Notes under the pieces: model-generated
What the model was told of the DNA's origin: nothing
The model's database searches: none
The model's input: only the letters and a program-made list of their open reading frames with translations
Made by a program: the position numbers and the translations under genes
Part shown: positions 53,966-63,967 of the stretch, in pieces
Numbering within the stretch: the stretch's first letter is position 1
How the letters are laid out: each line of letters starts with the position of its first letter
Sequence record: NC_111505.1
Length of the DNA stretch: 64,000 nt
DNA from: a phage
Reading direction: 5' to 3' (one strand)

Positions 53966-54864
53966 TCAAATCTCCGCGTAAATTAAACTGGAATCAGTAT
54001 ACTTCTTTAACGGGTAAATATCCTGTCCATAGATGCCGTCATTAAACACCTCATCTACCCAAAGGCTACACTTATATCCCATCATCTCTAAAACACCCAT
54101 CTCTTCTTCGGTAAACTTATCACCGCTCTTGCAAGATGTCAACACCTCATTCTGTACTCTTGCTACCTCGAAGCGGTTATTGGCAATATCACTATTGGCA
54201 ATCAAATACTCACCTAAAGGGTGTGCAGCATTAAAGATGCACAGTGGACGGTTGACGTAATAGTCCCCCGGTGTATAAAAATTGTTGAGATCCTTCACCA
54301 GAACATTCTTATCAGTCACTTCATTTATAACATCATGCATATCACACATCTTTATATGTTTGAGGATTCCATCCCCCATCACAAAATAAAAACTTGCTGA
54401 GACACTCTCGGCATAGATCTTACTAGATCCATTGTAGTTGTATTTTACGCGAATGCTTACAGGGGTTTTGCCTGTCGCGTTAGCCATCATCCAAAGGAAC
54501 GGAAGTTCAAACTTCTCCTCTGAGGAAACAAAAGGTGAAGTTGCCAGAGATCGGAAACCACCAGAGAAGTTGAAAGTTACAGAGCCGCTCCGGCGATATG
54601 ATACCGCATATTCTACTTTTATATCGACATAGCCGTTGGAGTAAGTGTGGCCTCCATTATCCAGATATGTCCACTTATCAGATCCGGATACCAACCTACG
54701 CTCAATCACCTTCATTACTACAGGAATTAGCGGGTTGGTACAAACCGATTTTGAAGTAGCTTTATCATCCAAAGCCTCGTAAATTGCAGAAAGGATATCG
54801 CCTGCTGAGAGATTGGTTGTGATATCTTGTTTCCACCGAGTGCTAAAGCTGTTAAGATTTGCCA
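53966..54864 (-). CDS. hypothetical protein (299 aa)
   Basis: Track start is GTG 54907; ATG 54864 with CAGGAG SD; first gene downstream of the - strand promoter. Confidence 0.55.
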
Positions 54865-54905
54865 TGATTAAGTGCTCCTGTGTTCGTTTTCTTTCGAATG
54901 GGTGC

Positions 54906-54934
54906 ACTATATCGTGGATTTAGAGTAAAGTCAA
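54906..54934 (-). promoter_or_regulatory. Sigma70-like promoter (TTGACT-N17-TATAGT), - strand
   Basis: Back-to-back with the + strand promoter in a divergent control region. Confidence 0.5.
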
Positions 54935-54947
54935 CACGTTTTTGAGG

Positions 54948-54976
54948 TTGACATCTGTTGAGGCACTTGATAAGAT
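54948..54976 (+). promoter_or_regulatory. Sigma70-like promoter (TTGACA-N17-TAAGAT), + strand
   Basis: The track ORF 54942 'start' is a TTG overlapping this -35; the real gene starts at ATG 55008. Confidence 0.55.
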
Positions 54977-55007
54977 TTCTTCACCTACAGAGCACAAGAG
55001 ACAACTC

Positions 55008-55997
55008 ATGAATCTTGAAAAATATTATACACCAGAAGAGTTAGAGCGCCTGCTCAAAAAATACAGACGCAAACAAAATAATGCACGGAAACGAGATATA
55101 GAGTTCAACCTGTCATGGGAAGAATACCTCCTATTTGGTAAAAAACTTTTAGGAGAGGGGGTGTGCGACTATACCCTTATACCTTTCGACATGCACACAG
55201 ATGAAAACGGACTGGGAAATCCTTTCTACCCCTCCCTAGAGCGGATAGATGATGAAGGTCCTTATGCTGTTGATAATTGTTGTGTGGTGGGATTGAGATG
55301 CAACTCTCTAAAGGACTGTCTGGTAGATAAAAAGACCGCAGTCTTGATTAAAGACAAAACTGATCGAAAAATTGTCCAGCAGATGATGCTCCACCTGAGC
55401 GAAGAGCGTATGGAGAAATTGAAAGGTGATTACACTTTTGAAGATTTCATCTTGCAATATGGAACGGAAGAGGATAAACTGGCACTCTTTGACGAAGAAT
55501 GGGAGGAAGATATGTCACCAATGCAGGATTTTAAAAACTTCATGGCTAATCGTGGAGCCAACAAGCACATTTCTGACATCGTAAATGAGCCTGTAACAGA
55601 AGAGATTGAAGAAATGATGCAACAGGATCACGAAGAGGAAAAAGAGCCTCAAAAGGTCGAAGAAGAGCTTACAGAAGAGGTTCCTGCACTGCCTGACGAT
55701 GTTGAGATTGCTAAAGCCTATACTTTCTATTGCCAGACGTTCTACGATGCAGGCATGAAAGTCGATCTGTCATTCAGCCAATTTAAGAGCACGTACATTC
55801 GAAAATGCTGTGCTTTAACTGGCGAGCGTTTCGGGGCCGGACTTAAACCGTTATTAGTGACCGACTGGAATAAAGGTTTCACCAAAGGTAACTTTATGGT
55901 AGTATCTCCGATCATGGAGAAGGCTATGACAGACCTTATGAAGACCACTCGCATGACAATGACCGAGTTGGCTGGTATTTTCAAGCACGTTAAATAA
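55008..55997 (+). CDS. Protein with two degenerate HNH-endonuclease-like repeats
   Basis: ...ARKRDIEFNLSWEEY...PSLERIDDEGPYAVDNCCVVGLRCNSLK... resembles phage HNH_3-type domains but lacks the full Cys/His set; acidic central linker. Confidence 0.5.
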   Translation: MNLEKYYTPEELERLLKKYRRKQNNARKRDIEFNLSWEEYLLFGKKLLGEGVCDYTLIPFDMHTDENGLGNPFYPSLERIDDEGPYAVDNCCVVGLRCNSLKDCLVDKKTAVLIKDKTDRKIVQQMMLHLSEERMEKLKGDYTFEDFILQYGTEEDKLALFDEEWEEDMSPMQDFKNFMANRGANKHISDIVNEPVTEEIEEMMQQDHEEEKEPQKVEEELTEEVPALPDDVEIAKAYTFYCQTFYDAGMKVDLSFSQFKSTYIRKCCALTGERFGAGLKPLLVTDWNKGFTKGNFMVVSPIMEKAMTDLMKTTRMTMTELAGIFKHVK

Positions 55998-56030
55998 TGA
56001 CAGGGGCCAATGGCCCCTTCTGGAGTTTTA

Positions 56031-57491
56031 ATGGATAGCAGAAGTTCAGAAATCATTGCCGCACAAAAAGATGACGCCTTGCGAATGCTGCAGGCAGCAC
56101 GTATGTATCTTCTTGAAAAACTGCCGTTTTATGGCACACTGTTGTCAGGGTTGCAGTTCGTAGAAAACCACACATGGTGCTCCACCATGGCAACAGATCA
56201 TAAACGCATTTATTACAGTCCTGAGTTCGTTATGGGATTGGCTGATGAGCGCAAAACCATTCTTGAGGCATCTTTAACTGACAAGCAGTTTGAGATGGCT
56301 GAGGTTTTCTATTCCCCCAAATCTGTGAAAGAGGTGGCATTTCTTCTATCACATGAGGTGGGGCATATTATCTGTGATCATCTGGTCCGTGGCAAAAGCT
56401 TTGAGCCGGAACTGTTCAATATTGCCTGTGATCATGTTATCAACACAGGTCTTGTGGTTGACTTTAGCAAGCCCCCTTGTGTTTTCTTCCCGAAGGGGAA
56501 AAGCACTACGTTTGTAAAAGGTAAGCCTTTTGGCTTTTTAGCTAGTTGCTACTGTGACATGAGGTTCCATGGATGGATTGCTGAGAACGTCTATGCTGTT
56601 CTTGATAAGCAAAGAGATCAGAATAGCGGTAAAAGTAAGAACGGTAAAGGCGAGAACTCTCAAGGAGATAAACGACAAACCGATGATCACATGAGTGGTA
56701 ACGGTGGCACTAGTGATGATCTTGGAAAGGCTATGGGGTATGATCAGCCACAGCCAGTGATCAGTCAATCTGATAAAGATCAAGCCATGCAGGACTCTGG
56801 TGACATGTTGGAAGCAGCAATGCAGGCTTCCGGAGGTAGTTGCCCTGAGGCTGTGCGCGAGTTTGTCAAAAACAGAGGTAAGCCTGTAATCAATTATATA
56901 GACATCATTAAGCAACGTATGTTGTCCAAACGAAAGGCTGAACTAACCTACAGAAAACCAGGTCGCCGATCTGGGTCTTTGACCAGCACAATGCGAAAAG
57001 TTGGAGCTATAAACAAGAATCAGCACGTTGTTGTTCCTGGCCGTAATCCGGAAAACACTATAGATATTGTGGTGGCTTTAGACGTTTCTGGGTCGATCTC
57101 GCAAAGAACTTTAAAGAAAATGTTCAATGAGATCACTGGGTTGTGCAATCTGTATAAAGAGTTCAAGGTTACGATGTTCTGTTGGTCAACTGAGGTTGGA
57201 GAGGTTAAAGTATACACTCGCGGGAACATCGACGAGATGATCAACTATGAGGTCCACTCAACATGGGGAACAACAGCCGCTTGCGTGTTCGAGTATCTGG
57301 ACGCTAACATACCAAATGCAAAAGATGTCATCGTCCTGACCGACCTATACTTTGAGCATAACTTTGAACAAAAGGCTGTTGACAACAAGTGGAAAAAGTA
57401 CGATACTTTATGGGTTCTCACCGAAGGGTATAATAAAAATTATATCCCTAGCTTTGGGAAAACTGTAGAATTGATCGAGTACGCTAAATAA
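56031..57491 (+). CDS. von Willebrand factor A (vWA) domain protein with N-terminal HExxH metallopeptidase-like motif
   Basis: ...SHEVGHIICDH... (HExxH); MIDAS ...VVALDVSGSIS...; ATG 56031 with GGAG SD preferred over track ATG 56010, which follows hairpin GGGGCC-AAT-GGCCCC. Confidence 0.65.
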   Translation: MDSRSSEIIAAQKDDALRMLQAARMYLLEKLPFYGTLLSGLQFVENHTWCSTMATDHKRIYYSPEFVMGLADERKTILEASLTDKQFEMAEVFYSPKSVKEVAFLLSHEVGHIICDHLVRGKSFEPELFNIACDHVINTGLVVDFSKPPCVFFPKGKSTTFVKGKPFGFLASCYCDMRFHGWIAENVYAVLDKQRDQNSGKSKNGKGENSQGDKRQTDDHMSGNGGTSDDLGKAMGYDQPQPVISQSDKDQAMQDSGDMLEAAMQASGGSCPEAVREFVKNRGKPVINYIDIIKQRMLSKRKAELTYRKPGRRSGSLTSTMRKVGAINKNQHVVVPGRNPENTIDIVVALDVSGSISQRTLKKMFNEITGLCNLYKEFKVTMFCWSTEVGEVKVYTRGNIDEMINYEVHSTWGTTAACVFEYLDANIPNAKDVIVLTDLYFEHNFEQKAVDNKWKKYDTLWVLTEGYNKNYIPSFGKTVELIEYAK

Positions 57492-57506
57492 GAGAGGATG
57501 TTATTT

Positions 57507-57767
57507 ATGGCAACAGAAGTAGTAATTAAAGCTGAACGCCCAGTTAAAAAAGCTATCAACACGTTTCCTGTAGGAACTATTGTGAGCATGATTACAGAGT
57601 CAGGTCGTGTATCTACACTGCTAATCGTGAAATCTGCATGCTCATCTTGTGTGTGGGCATATGATCTTGACGAGAAAGAACTGAAAGATTTTGTTGGAGA
57701 GCTGAAAGCAACAGAACTTGACGCTCGTATCGAAGTATTTGGTGAAACTATGGAGGAAGAGCAATGA
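57507..57767 (+). CDS. hypothetical protein (86 aa)
   Basis: ATG 57507 with AAGAGAGG SD 9 nt upstream, preferred over track ATG 57498. Confidence 0.5.
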   Translation: MATEVVIKAERPVKKAINTFPVGTIVSMITESGRVSTLLIVKSACSSCVWAYDLDEKELKDFVGELKATELDARIEVFGETMEEEQ

Positions 57768-58027
57768 CCACAAAAATCACCATTGCAGAACCGAAAGCTA
57801 ACACGCAGCCTATCGAAAAGTTTAAATGCGGTGAGGTGGTAACATTCACACCTGACAATGAAGATGCCAAGATTTTCGCCATGGTTACAGCCGAGTGGAT
57901 GTGTGACAACACCACACAGGTTCTGCGTTTTGACACCTATCTTACAGATGAAATCAGGAACGACAAGATCGTGACTGGTGTAGATACTGAGATTGTTTTC
58001 TACAAGAGCTTCGTGGAGGGTTTCTAA
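57764..58027 (+). CDS. hypothetical protein (87 aa)
   Basis: ATG with GGAGGAAGAG SD; ATGA overlap. Confidence 0.6.
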   Translation: MTTKITIAEPKANTQPIEKFKCGEVVTFTPDNEDAKIFAMVTAEWMCDNTTQVLRFDTYLTDEIRNDKIVTGVDTEIVFYKSFVEGF

Positions 58028-58028
58028 T

Positions 58029-58265
58029 ATGGCAAGAATTCGTAAATTGTTCAACAATCAAACTGTGAAAGATTTTGAACCCGGAGAGATTCTGTATGTT
58101 CATGATGCAGATGACGAAGGAGAAGATCTTGTTATGCTACTAGGGCATGCTGCTGAGGACGGATGCATCCAGGCTGTTTTTCTTGAAACAGCTATGGTGC
58201 ACTGGATAGAGCTGGACCTGAAAGCACGAAAACCTAAAGCAGAGATCCTGATTTACGAAGATTAA
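58029..58265 (+). CDS. hypothetical acidic protein (78 aa)
   Basis: Track start 57993 is upstream; ATG 58029 with GGAGGG SD. Confidence 0.55.
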   Translation: MARIRKLFNNQTVKDFEPGEILYVHDADDEGEDLVMLLGHAAEDGCIQAVFLETAMVHWIELDLKARKPKAEILIYED

Positions 58266-58281
58266 CAAAAAGGAGAGAGCA

Positions 58282-58731
58282 GTGTTGAGCAAACGTGAAT
58301 GCGACAGCATTAGCCTAAATTCTTATAAGAAACAATGGTTTGGGGTAGAAGTTTGCCGACTACGGCTCGGCTCCTACCTGAACTTCGTTTATTACGAGAG
58401 TGACAGTCGTATCGTTTCTTATGAAGTGTTTTACACTAAGAACACCTTCGAGCTGCGACGTAAGGTGGATGGCGGGAGAGCTACCACTCAGAATAACTGG
58501 GAAACTATTCTGCCTCCAGATGTTATAGGAAGCCCCCTGAATGTATCTGAAGATGAAAATCTTATGGTTCATGCTATGATGGGACTTGACAGCTTAGAGC
58601 TGGCGATCTATGATATGTCCATCGAAGCGGTTAAGCTGGACTACATCGAAAACACCTTAGAGGAAGGTATCAAGAAGTTTCTCGGTGAGAAATTGAAAGC
58701 CCACTTTCATAAGGAGCTATACCTGTTATGA
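58282..58731 (+). CDS. hypothetical protein (149 aa)
   Basis: GTG start with AAAAGGAGAGAG SD 8 nt upstream. Confidence 0.5.
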   Translation: MLSKRECDSISLNSYKKQWFGVEVCRLRLGSYLNFVYYESDSRIVSYEVFYTKNTFELRRKVDGGRATTQNNWETILPPDVIGSPLNVSEDENLMVHAMMGLDSLELAIYDMSIEAVKLDYIENTLEEGIKKFLGEKLKAHFHKELYLL

Positions 58732-58973
58732 AGACCCGTAAAGAACGTAACAAGATTTTACCTTGTGCTCTCGAACACATGATGAAGTGCAGATCTATCT
58801 GGCACTCTGCCAAGGAGGGGCAGCATGTGGTTGTAGTTAGTGATAATGCCAACCCATTCGGTGATTATGTCACCATGATGACTCCATATATCCGCGACGG
58901 TGTTGTGGAAGTGGTTCCTTATAGCGGTCTGCATGAGAGGCATTTTGAAAGCACTTTGTTAGTGGAGCTATAA
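58728..58973 (+). CDS. hypothetical protein (81 aa)
   Basis: ATG overlapping upstream stop (ATGA). Confidence 0.55.
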   Translation: MKTRKERNKILPCALEHMMKCRSIWHSAKEGQHVVVVSDNANPFGDYVTMMTPYIRDGVVEVVPYSGLHERHFESTLLVEL

Positions 58974-58975
58974 TC

Positions 58976-59542
58976 ATGGCGGTCAATGTGGCTTACAACA
59001 CAGGAAAGCTTGACAGAGATATTGGGTGTCTTGTCCTTTCAGATACAGAAGAGTATTGGGGTTATGGGCTGCTGTCAGACCCACACCCTAGCAACCTTGT
59101 ATCAACAGTGCTATATCGCTACGACCCTGTACCAACGGTGCACGACAAAGATATTCACGACCTTAGGGTAAAGTGTCTGGAAGATCTTCTGAACAATGGC
59201 TGCAACGATCTGCAGGTAGCCAAGGAGAAGCTTACAAACATCCACAAGGAGGAAGTGATGAGCACCCTCAGTAAGAGGTCAGTGCACAAAAAGATGATGC
59301 TGAACTTTGCAATGGGTATCTACATGGACGGATATAAAGGTGGGGATCCGATCCTCAAACTTCGCTGCCCAACACTGTGGGAAAGAGTGGTTGACAGTAA
59401 GGACGGTACTGCTCTTCTTGAGCTCCACACTTCGGGTTGGATATGGAGGTATGTGGACGGATACCCTCTGTGGGCATGTGGGGCTGGGGAGTTTGTTGAC
59501 AGACCTAGCGCGGTGGTGGACTTGCTATTGCAATTTGAATAA
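58976..59542 (+). CDS. hypothetical protein (188 aa)
   Basis: ATG with GTGGAG SD. Confidence 0.6.
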   Translation: MAVNVAYNTGKLDRDIGCLVLSDTEEYWGYGLLSDPHPSNLVSTVLYRYDPVPTVHDKDIHDLRVKCLEDLLNNGCNDLQVAKEKLTNIHKEEVMSTLSKRSVHKKMMLNFAMGIYMDGYKGGDPILKLRCPTLWERVVDSKDGTALLELHTSGWIWRYVDGYPLWACGAGEFVDRPSAVVDLLLQFE

Positions 59543-59597
59543 AGAGTTAGTTATAAGGTATTCATGCACCTATCAACAATAAACAGGAGAGACTGAG

Positions 59598-59873
59598 ATG
59601 ACGAAAGAAGAGGCCGACGTATTAGACTTTGCATCAGAAGCCACACAGGAGGCTTTGGTGTTAGCGTGGAAAATGAACCAGCGTGCTGCAGAATGCAACC
59701 GCCGCATCAATGAGATTCTTGGCATGCCTATGTATGATTTCACCATGCATGCCGGAGAGATTCCTGAGCTTACTGCTGAAATGGCGGATCTTGACAACAA
59801 GATCGATATTATCCTGAAGACAGCGGAAACAACTCACCAAACCGCCCGTAAATTTATCAACGAGAAGGTGTGA
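59598..59873 (+). CDS. hypothetical helical protein (91 aa)
   Basis: ATG with ACAGGAGAGA SD. Confidence 0.6.
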   Translation: MTKEEADVLDFASEATQEALVLAWKMNQRAAECNRRINEILGMPMYDFTMHAGEIPELTAEMADLDNKIDIILKTAETTHQTARKFINEKV

Positions 59874-59875
59874 AT

Positions 59876-60349
59876 ATGGACTACAGCTACTGCGGGGAAG
59901 AAGTACCTTTTAACTACAGCAATCTTACCACGAGCAATCCATATGAGACTCGCCACGGCACACACATCATTGCTATTGACTTTGATGGAACGTTTAATGC
60001 AAGCCCTTTCATCTTCTCCCGCCTTATCAAGGACCTGAAGAAGGAGGGGTGGACAGTCTATCTTGTGACTTTTCGGTTCATCACTCAAGACAACGTGGAC
60101 ATCGAATACTGGCGCAAGGAGTTAGATGTTGGAGTGTTTTATACTGGAGGTGTTCAGAAGGCCGCTTATCTGGCGCAGTTTGATATCTACCCAGACATCT
60201 GGGTTGATGATTCTCCAGCTTGCATTCCAGCCAAGAATCAGTTAGAGTTTGCAATGAAGGAAATTGAGTATAAGTCTGACGCTAAGCGTAACGGATGGCC
60301 CTTTATTATTGAAGATTACCCAGATCCTGAACCGGAGAAAGAGCCATGA
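59876..60349 (+). CDS. HAD-superfamily phosphatase-like protein
   Basis: Motif I ...IIAIDFDGTF... (DxDGT) and motif IV-like ...DIWVDDSP...; track start is GTG 59870, ATG 59876 with AAGGTG SD. Confidence 0.45.
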   Translation: MDYSYCGEEVPFNYSNLTTSNPYETRHGTHIIAIDFDGTFNASPFIFSRLIKDLKKEGWTVYLVTFRFITQDNVDIEYWRKELDVGVFYTGGVQKAAYLAQFDIYPDIWVDDSPACIPAKNQLEFAMKEIEYKSDAKRNGWPFIIEDYPDPEPEKEP

Positions 60350-60516
60350 AACGAAGATACCATTACTTGATGTGGAAGTTATACCATGGTGCTGCTAAAG
60401 CTTATCGCGCCGTGTTTGGTAATGACAATCACTACATTATGTTACACCTTACCGCCATTAAGCATCACAATGAGTGGATTCGTGCAATCGTAATAGGTGA
60501 CAAAGACTTTAAGTAA
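60346..60516 (+). CDS. candidate 56-aa basic protein
   Basis: ATG with CCGGAGAAAGAG SD; ATGA overlap with upstream gene; below track cutoff. Confidence 0.35.
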   Translation: MKRRYHYLMWKLYHGAAKAYRAVFGNDNHYIMLHLTAIKHHNEWIRAIVIGDKDFK

Positions 60517-60567
60517 GGTATGCCTCAAAAACGTAATAGTGTGGATTTCTAAATGGAGACTGATTAA

Positions 60568-60948
60568 ATGTGCAAGTGTAAATCCTATAATTGGAAAGTT
60601 AAAGGTGCCAAGCATCCAAATGTTATCGTTGATGTGCCTAAAAAGCTCCGTGACTGCAAAAAACGTGTGTGCCTTGATAAGTGCATGGCTAAGCCTATCA
60701 TGAGTCTATGGGCGGCAGGATTGAAAACTATAAACTGCTGCTGTGGTCATAACAAAGATGCTCCAAGCATCATTATCCCAGAGGATGCAGACCCTAAAGC
60801 TTATGCCAAAATACTGACCCGCTACCCCAGCACCTTTCTGATCGGAAAATGGTGTCACGATGAACTTCAATGGTGGATAGCATACGGCAGCATAGGTACT
60901 GCTGTTGGCTTTCCAGCTTTGTCAGAGCGCTACGTCAAAGTGTCATAA
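60568..60948 (+). CDS. Cys-rich protein (126 aa), putative metal-binding
   Basis: ATG with TGGAGA SD; multiple CxxC-like pairs. Confidence 0.55.
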   Translation: MCKCKSYNWKVKGAKHPNVIVDVPKKLRDCKKRVCLDKCMAKPIMSLWAAGLKTINCCCGHNKDAPSIIIPEDADPKAYAKILTRYPSTFLIGKWCHDELQWWIAYGSIGTAVGFPALSERYVKVS

Positions 60949-61052
60949 TCGATTTTAAGGCCTCAAACGAGGCCTGTGCCTTCATAAACTTCCTACCTAT
61001 GTGCGATTACCCTTCTGAATAAAATACCCTCTCAAATTGCTTAAAATTAAGC

Positions 61053-61081
61053 TTGACACTAACACCAGATTTATATATGAT
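61053..61081 (+). promoter_or_regulatory. Sigma70-like promoter (TTGACA-N17-TATGAT), + strand
   Basis: The track ORF 61037 'start' (TTG) lies just upstream; the real gene starts at ATG 61112. Confidence 0.5.
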
Positions 61082-61111
61082 TATCTCACCAACCCAACAG
61101 AGGAGATTGTC

Positions 61112-61519
61112 ATGGATAATCTTGCAAGTGTAAACGTAGAAATTGTTAAACTAAAGTTCTTGGGCTTTCGAGACCCTAATTCTCTAACAGCTATACTGAT
61201 GGATACCCACTTCACACCGGGGAAAGAGTACACTGCCTTCCGTTATACTCACGGAGATCACGAATCGGCCTATAGTGTGAATACAAACCTCGGTGAGGGA
61301 TATTTCATCAGAGATATCACAGATCACTTGTGGGGTATGTGGGAATTGGTGGGAGAAGAGAATAAATCCCTTCCCAAAGAGATTTGGGTGCACACCTTCC
61401 ACACAGGGAAGTTTGGTGGAACGGAGCATAAATCTATCCACTATGATGAAGGAAGTGCCATCAAGCAACAAGCTGTGCTTGGCGGATCTGTAGAAAAATT
61501 TGTTAAATGCGAGGACTGA
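61112..61519 (+). CDS. hypothetical protein (135 aa)
   Basis: ATG with ACAGAGGAGA SD. Confidence 0.5.
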   Translation: MDNLASVNVEIVKLKFLGFRDPNSLTAILMDTHFTPGKEYTAFRYTHGDHESAYSVNTNLGEGYFIRDITDHLWGMWELVGEENKSLPKEIWVHTFHTGKFGGTEHKSIHYDEGSAIKQQAVLGGSVEKFVKCED

Positions 61520-61522
61520 GAA

Positions 61523-61723
61523 ATGGCTGATTTTTGTAAAGATTGCTCTGAAGAGTTGTTTGGCTTTGACTGCAAAGATTTGGAAGGTCTGATCACTGAG
61601 GATCAGTGGAAGGAAGGCTATGCAGCACCTGTTATTTGTGAAGGTTGTGGCTATACCTATGTTGACCATAAAGGTAAGCGCGTCAAGCCGTCTGAAGATG
61701 GGGCATGTTGGGAGTATTACTAA
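61523..61723 (+). CDS. small zinc-ribbon protein (CxxC...CxxC)
   Basis: ATG with GAGGA SD; MADFCKDCSEE...CEGCGY. Confidence 0.55.
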   Translation: MADFCKDCSEELFGFDCKDLEGLITEDQWKEGYAAPVICEGCGYTYVDHKGKRVKPSEDGACWEYY

Positions 61724-61730
61724 CTATAAA

Positions 61731-61760
61731 AAGAAAGGGGCCGTTTGGCCCCTTTTTTAT
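61731..61760. terminator. Bidirectional Rho-independent terminator between convergent genes
   Basis: AAAGAAA-GGGGCC-GTTT-GGCCCC-TTTTTTA: GC hairpin flanked by A-run and T-run. Confidence 0.75.
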
Positions 61761-61771
61761 TTACCCCCTTG

Positions 61772-63967
61772 TTAACGAGAAAAGGTTGCGTAGGCTTCTA
61801 GACGATACTGCTGGTCACCAGGGAACATAACACCTATAGAGGCTGTCCCTAGAATCCTGCCTTCCTTTCCAGACTCCATTCTGAACCCTACCCATCCTGA
61901 ACTCCTTGCAGCATCGATGTTGTCTCTATACCCGAAAGTGGCAAGATCGTCAACACCAGCCCCAAACAGCAACTGAAGCTGACTTCTCGGAAGCCCTATA
62001 ATTTCAGGAATATACGCACCAAAGTACACCATCTGCCCTACCTTAGGACCGCTGCCGTACTCCATCGGCTTGCTTGTAGAGAAAGTCTTCATACCAGAAG
62101 TCCCTGCCGGATTAGGATATGCCCCGTTTGTTGCTGTACCTATCCACATTCTCCACTGTGGTGCCATCTGTTTGACAGTAAAAGATGTTGAAGACGTTTT
62201 GCGCCCTGCATCATCTGTAACTACAAACTTTATAGTGACATTCCCAGTAGCTTTAAATGTTACCAGCCCTGTGGTAGCATCCACTGTTGCAATGTTGGTA
62301 TTACTACTTTCCCAAGTCTTTCTGATTCCTGGCACATTGGAAGGGGTAATAGAAGGTTCCTGCATCTGCAGTTTACCACCTACAATCCCTATCCCGTTTC
62401 CTGGATTATACAACGCACCAACCTCGTCTACAATGTTACCTGCCTTGAGGCTGTACTTTTTAGAGAAGTTGTAAGTGCCGTTATATGTGTGTGTCCCTGA
62501 GAAGGTTACATCTGCTTTTCCGTAAGAGATGCAAACCAAAGCATACTTCCTGTCAGGCAACGGTGCCCCAGTTTCTGGGTGAGTTTTACCCACCTGAAAC
62601 ACACTCGGGTCAGTGGAGTCTTGGCTATCACTAACTGAGTTTGGGCCACCCATCAGTTGTGACAAGCAATTCCTTACCCATGTCCAGTTATTATCGCTGG
62701 AGAAGTCCACAGTTAAATCAAACACAACCCACTCATTTGGCTTCCACACAGGTGTTGCAATGGACTTGCCTACACCGCCTCCTTGGAGTGTTGCCGACTG
62801 TTCAGTGATCAGGGCCGCGTAGGCCAGAGTTCCTAAACTCAGAGTTTGGCTTGCTGTCCTCACTACCTTAGAATCAGCATCTGTGAAGTTGTTGATGATC
62901 TGGAATGTGCCATAAGTGTTTTTACAGGTAATTCTGGCGTTCAGCGTGTCAATCTTCCTCACATCTGCCATAGCAGTGTTAGACACAGAGAAGTCAGAAG
63001 CTTTAGCTGAGTTTGCCGCAACAGCAGGATCAACGTTAAGAGTTGCGTTGAACTGACAAGCTGGGGTAACCAGCAGCTTGTTATCACCTATTTGCTTCCA
63101 TGAAACACTTTGAACAGGGAGATTCCATTTAATACCTGAGAAAACTTTAGCAACCCTTGGCCCCAGAGCTCCAGTCCTGGTGTCTTTACAGCACATGGAC
63201 ATGGTGATCGTTGACGGAGTGGCCTGACCAAACAATTGCTGTGCTTTTGCAGAGGACATGGTGTAGAAATTGTCCTTAACAAACTCATCAGCCGCCAATG
63301 ATCCGTCAGATCTCCACCATTGCACCTGGTACCCTGTCTTATCCCAGCCACCGACCTGCTTCAGGTCCTCCCAGGAGATTTCCAGATCCCCAGTGGTAGG
63401 GTTGATTGCAGCAGTTCCTGGTGTTCCAGAGGACCATAATGGGATATCGAACCATGCTGGTTTAACAGATTGTACTGCGTTCGGTCCTATTGCAGCAGCA
63501 AGTTGCTGACCCATCAACACACGAGAATCTTTTACCAAGCCCCATTCAATCATGGACCCAGAGTAGCCTTCTTTCTTATAGGCCGAAGATCCGTTCAAAT
63601 GGATAAGCCTGCTGCAGTCGAAACCATACGCCCCGCCACCGTTAGGATCTGCAAAGTTAGTTATGATTCTATCCCTTATATTTTTCCATGCCCTGCCTCC
63701 AATCTCGTAGTCATGGTCATAACATCTCTGCAGCGTTGTCCAGCAAATGATTGCCATTCTTCTGCCACCAGTAAACCCGAAAGCGCCGTCATTCAACTCT
63801 TTCCACAGATAGCAGTTAGTTGCCCACATAGCTCTGTGGATATTGAACCAGTTTATAGACTTAGCAGAATTGTCCCACTGAGTTCCCGGTAATTCAGGCC
63901 ACACTGCATTAACCAACATGTCTTCTGTTCCTGCATCAACTAAGAACCCTCTCACCTTTTTACCCAT
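61772..63967 (-). CDS. Large structural-type protein with Ig-like (Big_2-type) domain; possible tail fibre or decoration protein
   Basis: 731 aa; ...IATVDATTGLVTFKATGNVTIKFVVTDDAGRKTSSTSFTV... resembles bacterial Ig-like domain; ATG start; functional class is a guess. Confidence 0.5.
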   Translation of the reverse strand: MGKKVRGFLVDAGTEDMLVNAVWPELPGTQWDNSAKSINWFNIHRAMWATNCYLWKELNDGAFGFTGGRRMAIICWTTLQRCYDHDYEIGGRAWKNIRDRIITNFADPNGGGAYGFDCSRLIHLNGSSAYKKEGYSGSMIEWGLVKDSRVLMGQQLAAAIGPNAVQSVKPAWFDIPLWSSGTPGTAAINPTTGDLEISWEDLKQVGGWDKTGYQVQWWRSDGSLAADEFVKDNFYTMSSAKAQQLFGQATPSTITMSMCCKDTRTGALGPRVAKVFSGIKWNLPVQSVSWKQIGDNKLLVTPACQFNATLNVDPAVAANSAKASDFSVSNTAMADVRKIDTLNARITCKNTYGTFQIINNFTDADSKVVRTASQTLSLGTLAYAALITEQSATLQGGGVGKSIATPVWKPNEWVVFDLTVDFSSDNNWTWVRNCLSQLMGGPNSVSDSQDSTDPSVFQVGKTHPETGAPLPDRKYALVCISYGKADVTFSGTHTYNGTYNFSKKYSLKAGNIVDEVGALYNPGNGIGIVGGKLQMQEPSITPSNVPGIRKTWESSNTNIATVDATTGLVTFKATGNVTIKFVVTDDAGRKTSSTSFTVKQMAPQWRMWIGTATNGAYPNPAGTSGMKTFSTSKPMEYGSGPKVGQMVYFGAYIPEIIGLPRSQLQLLFGAGVDDLATFGYRDNIDAARSSGWVGFRMESGKEGRILGTASIGVMFPGDQQYRLEAYATFSR

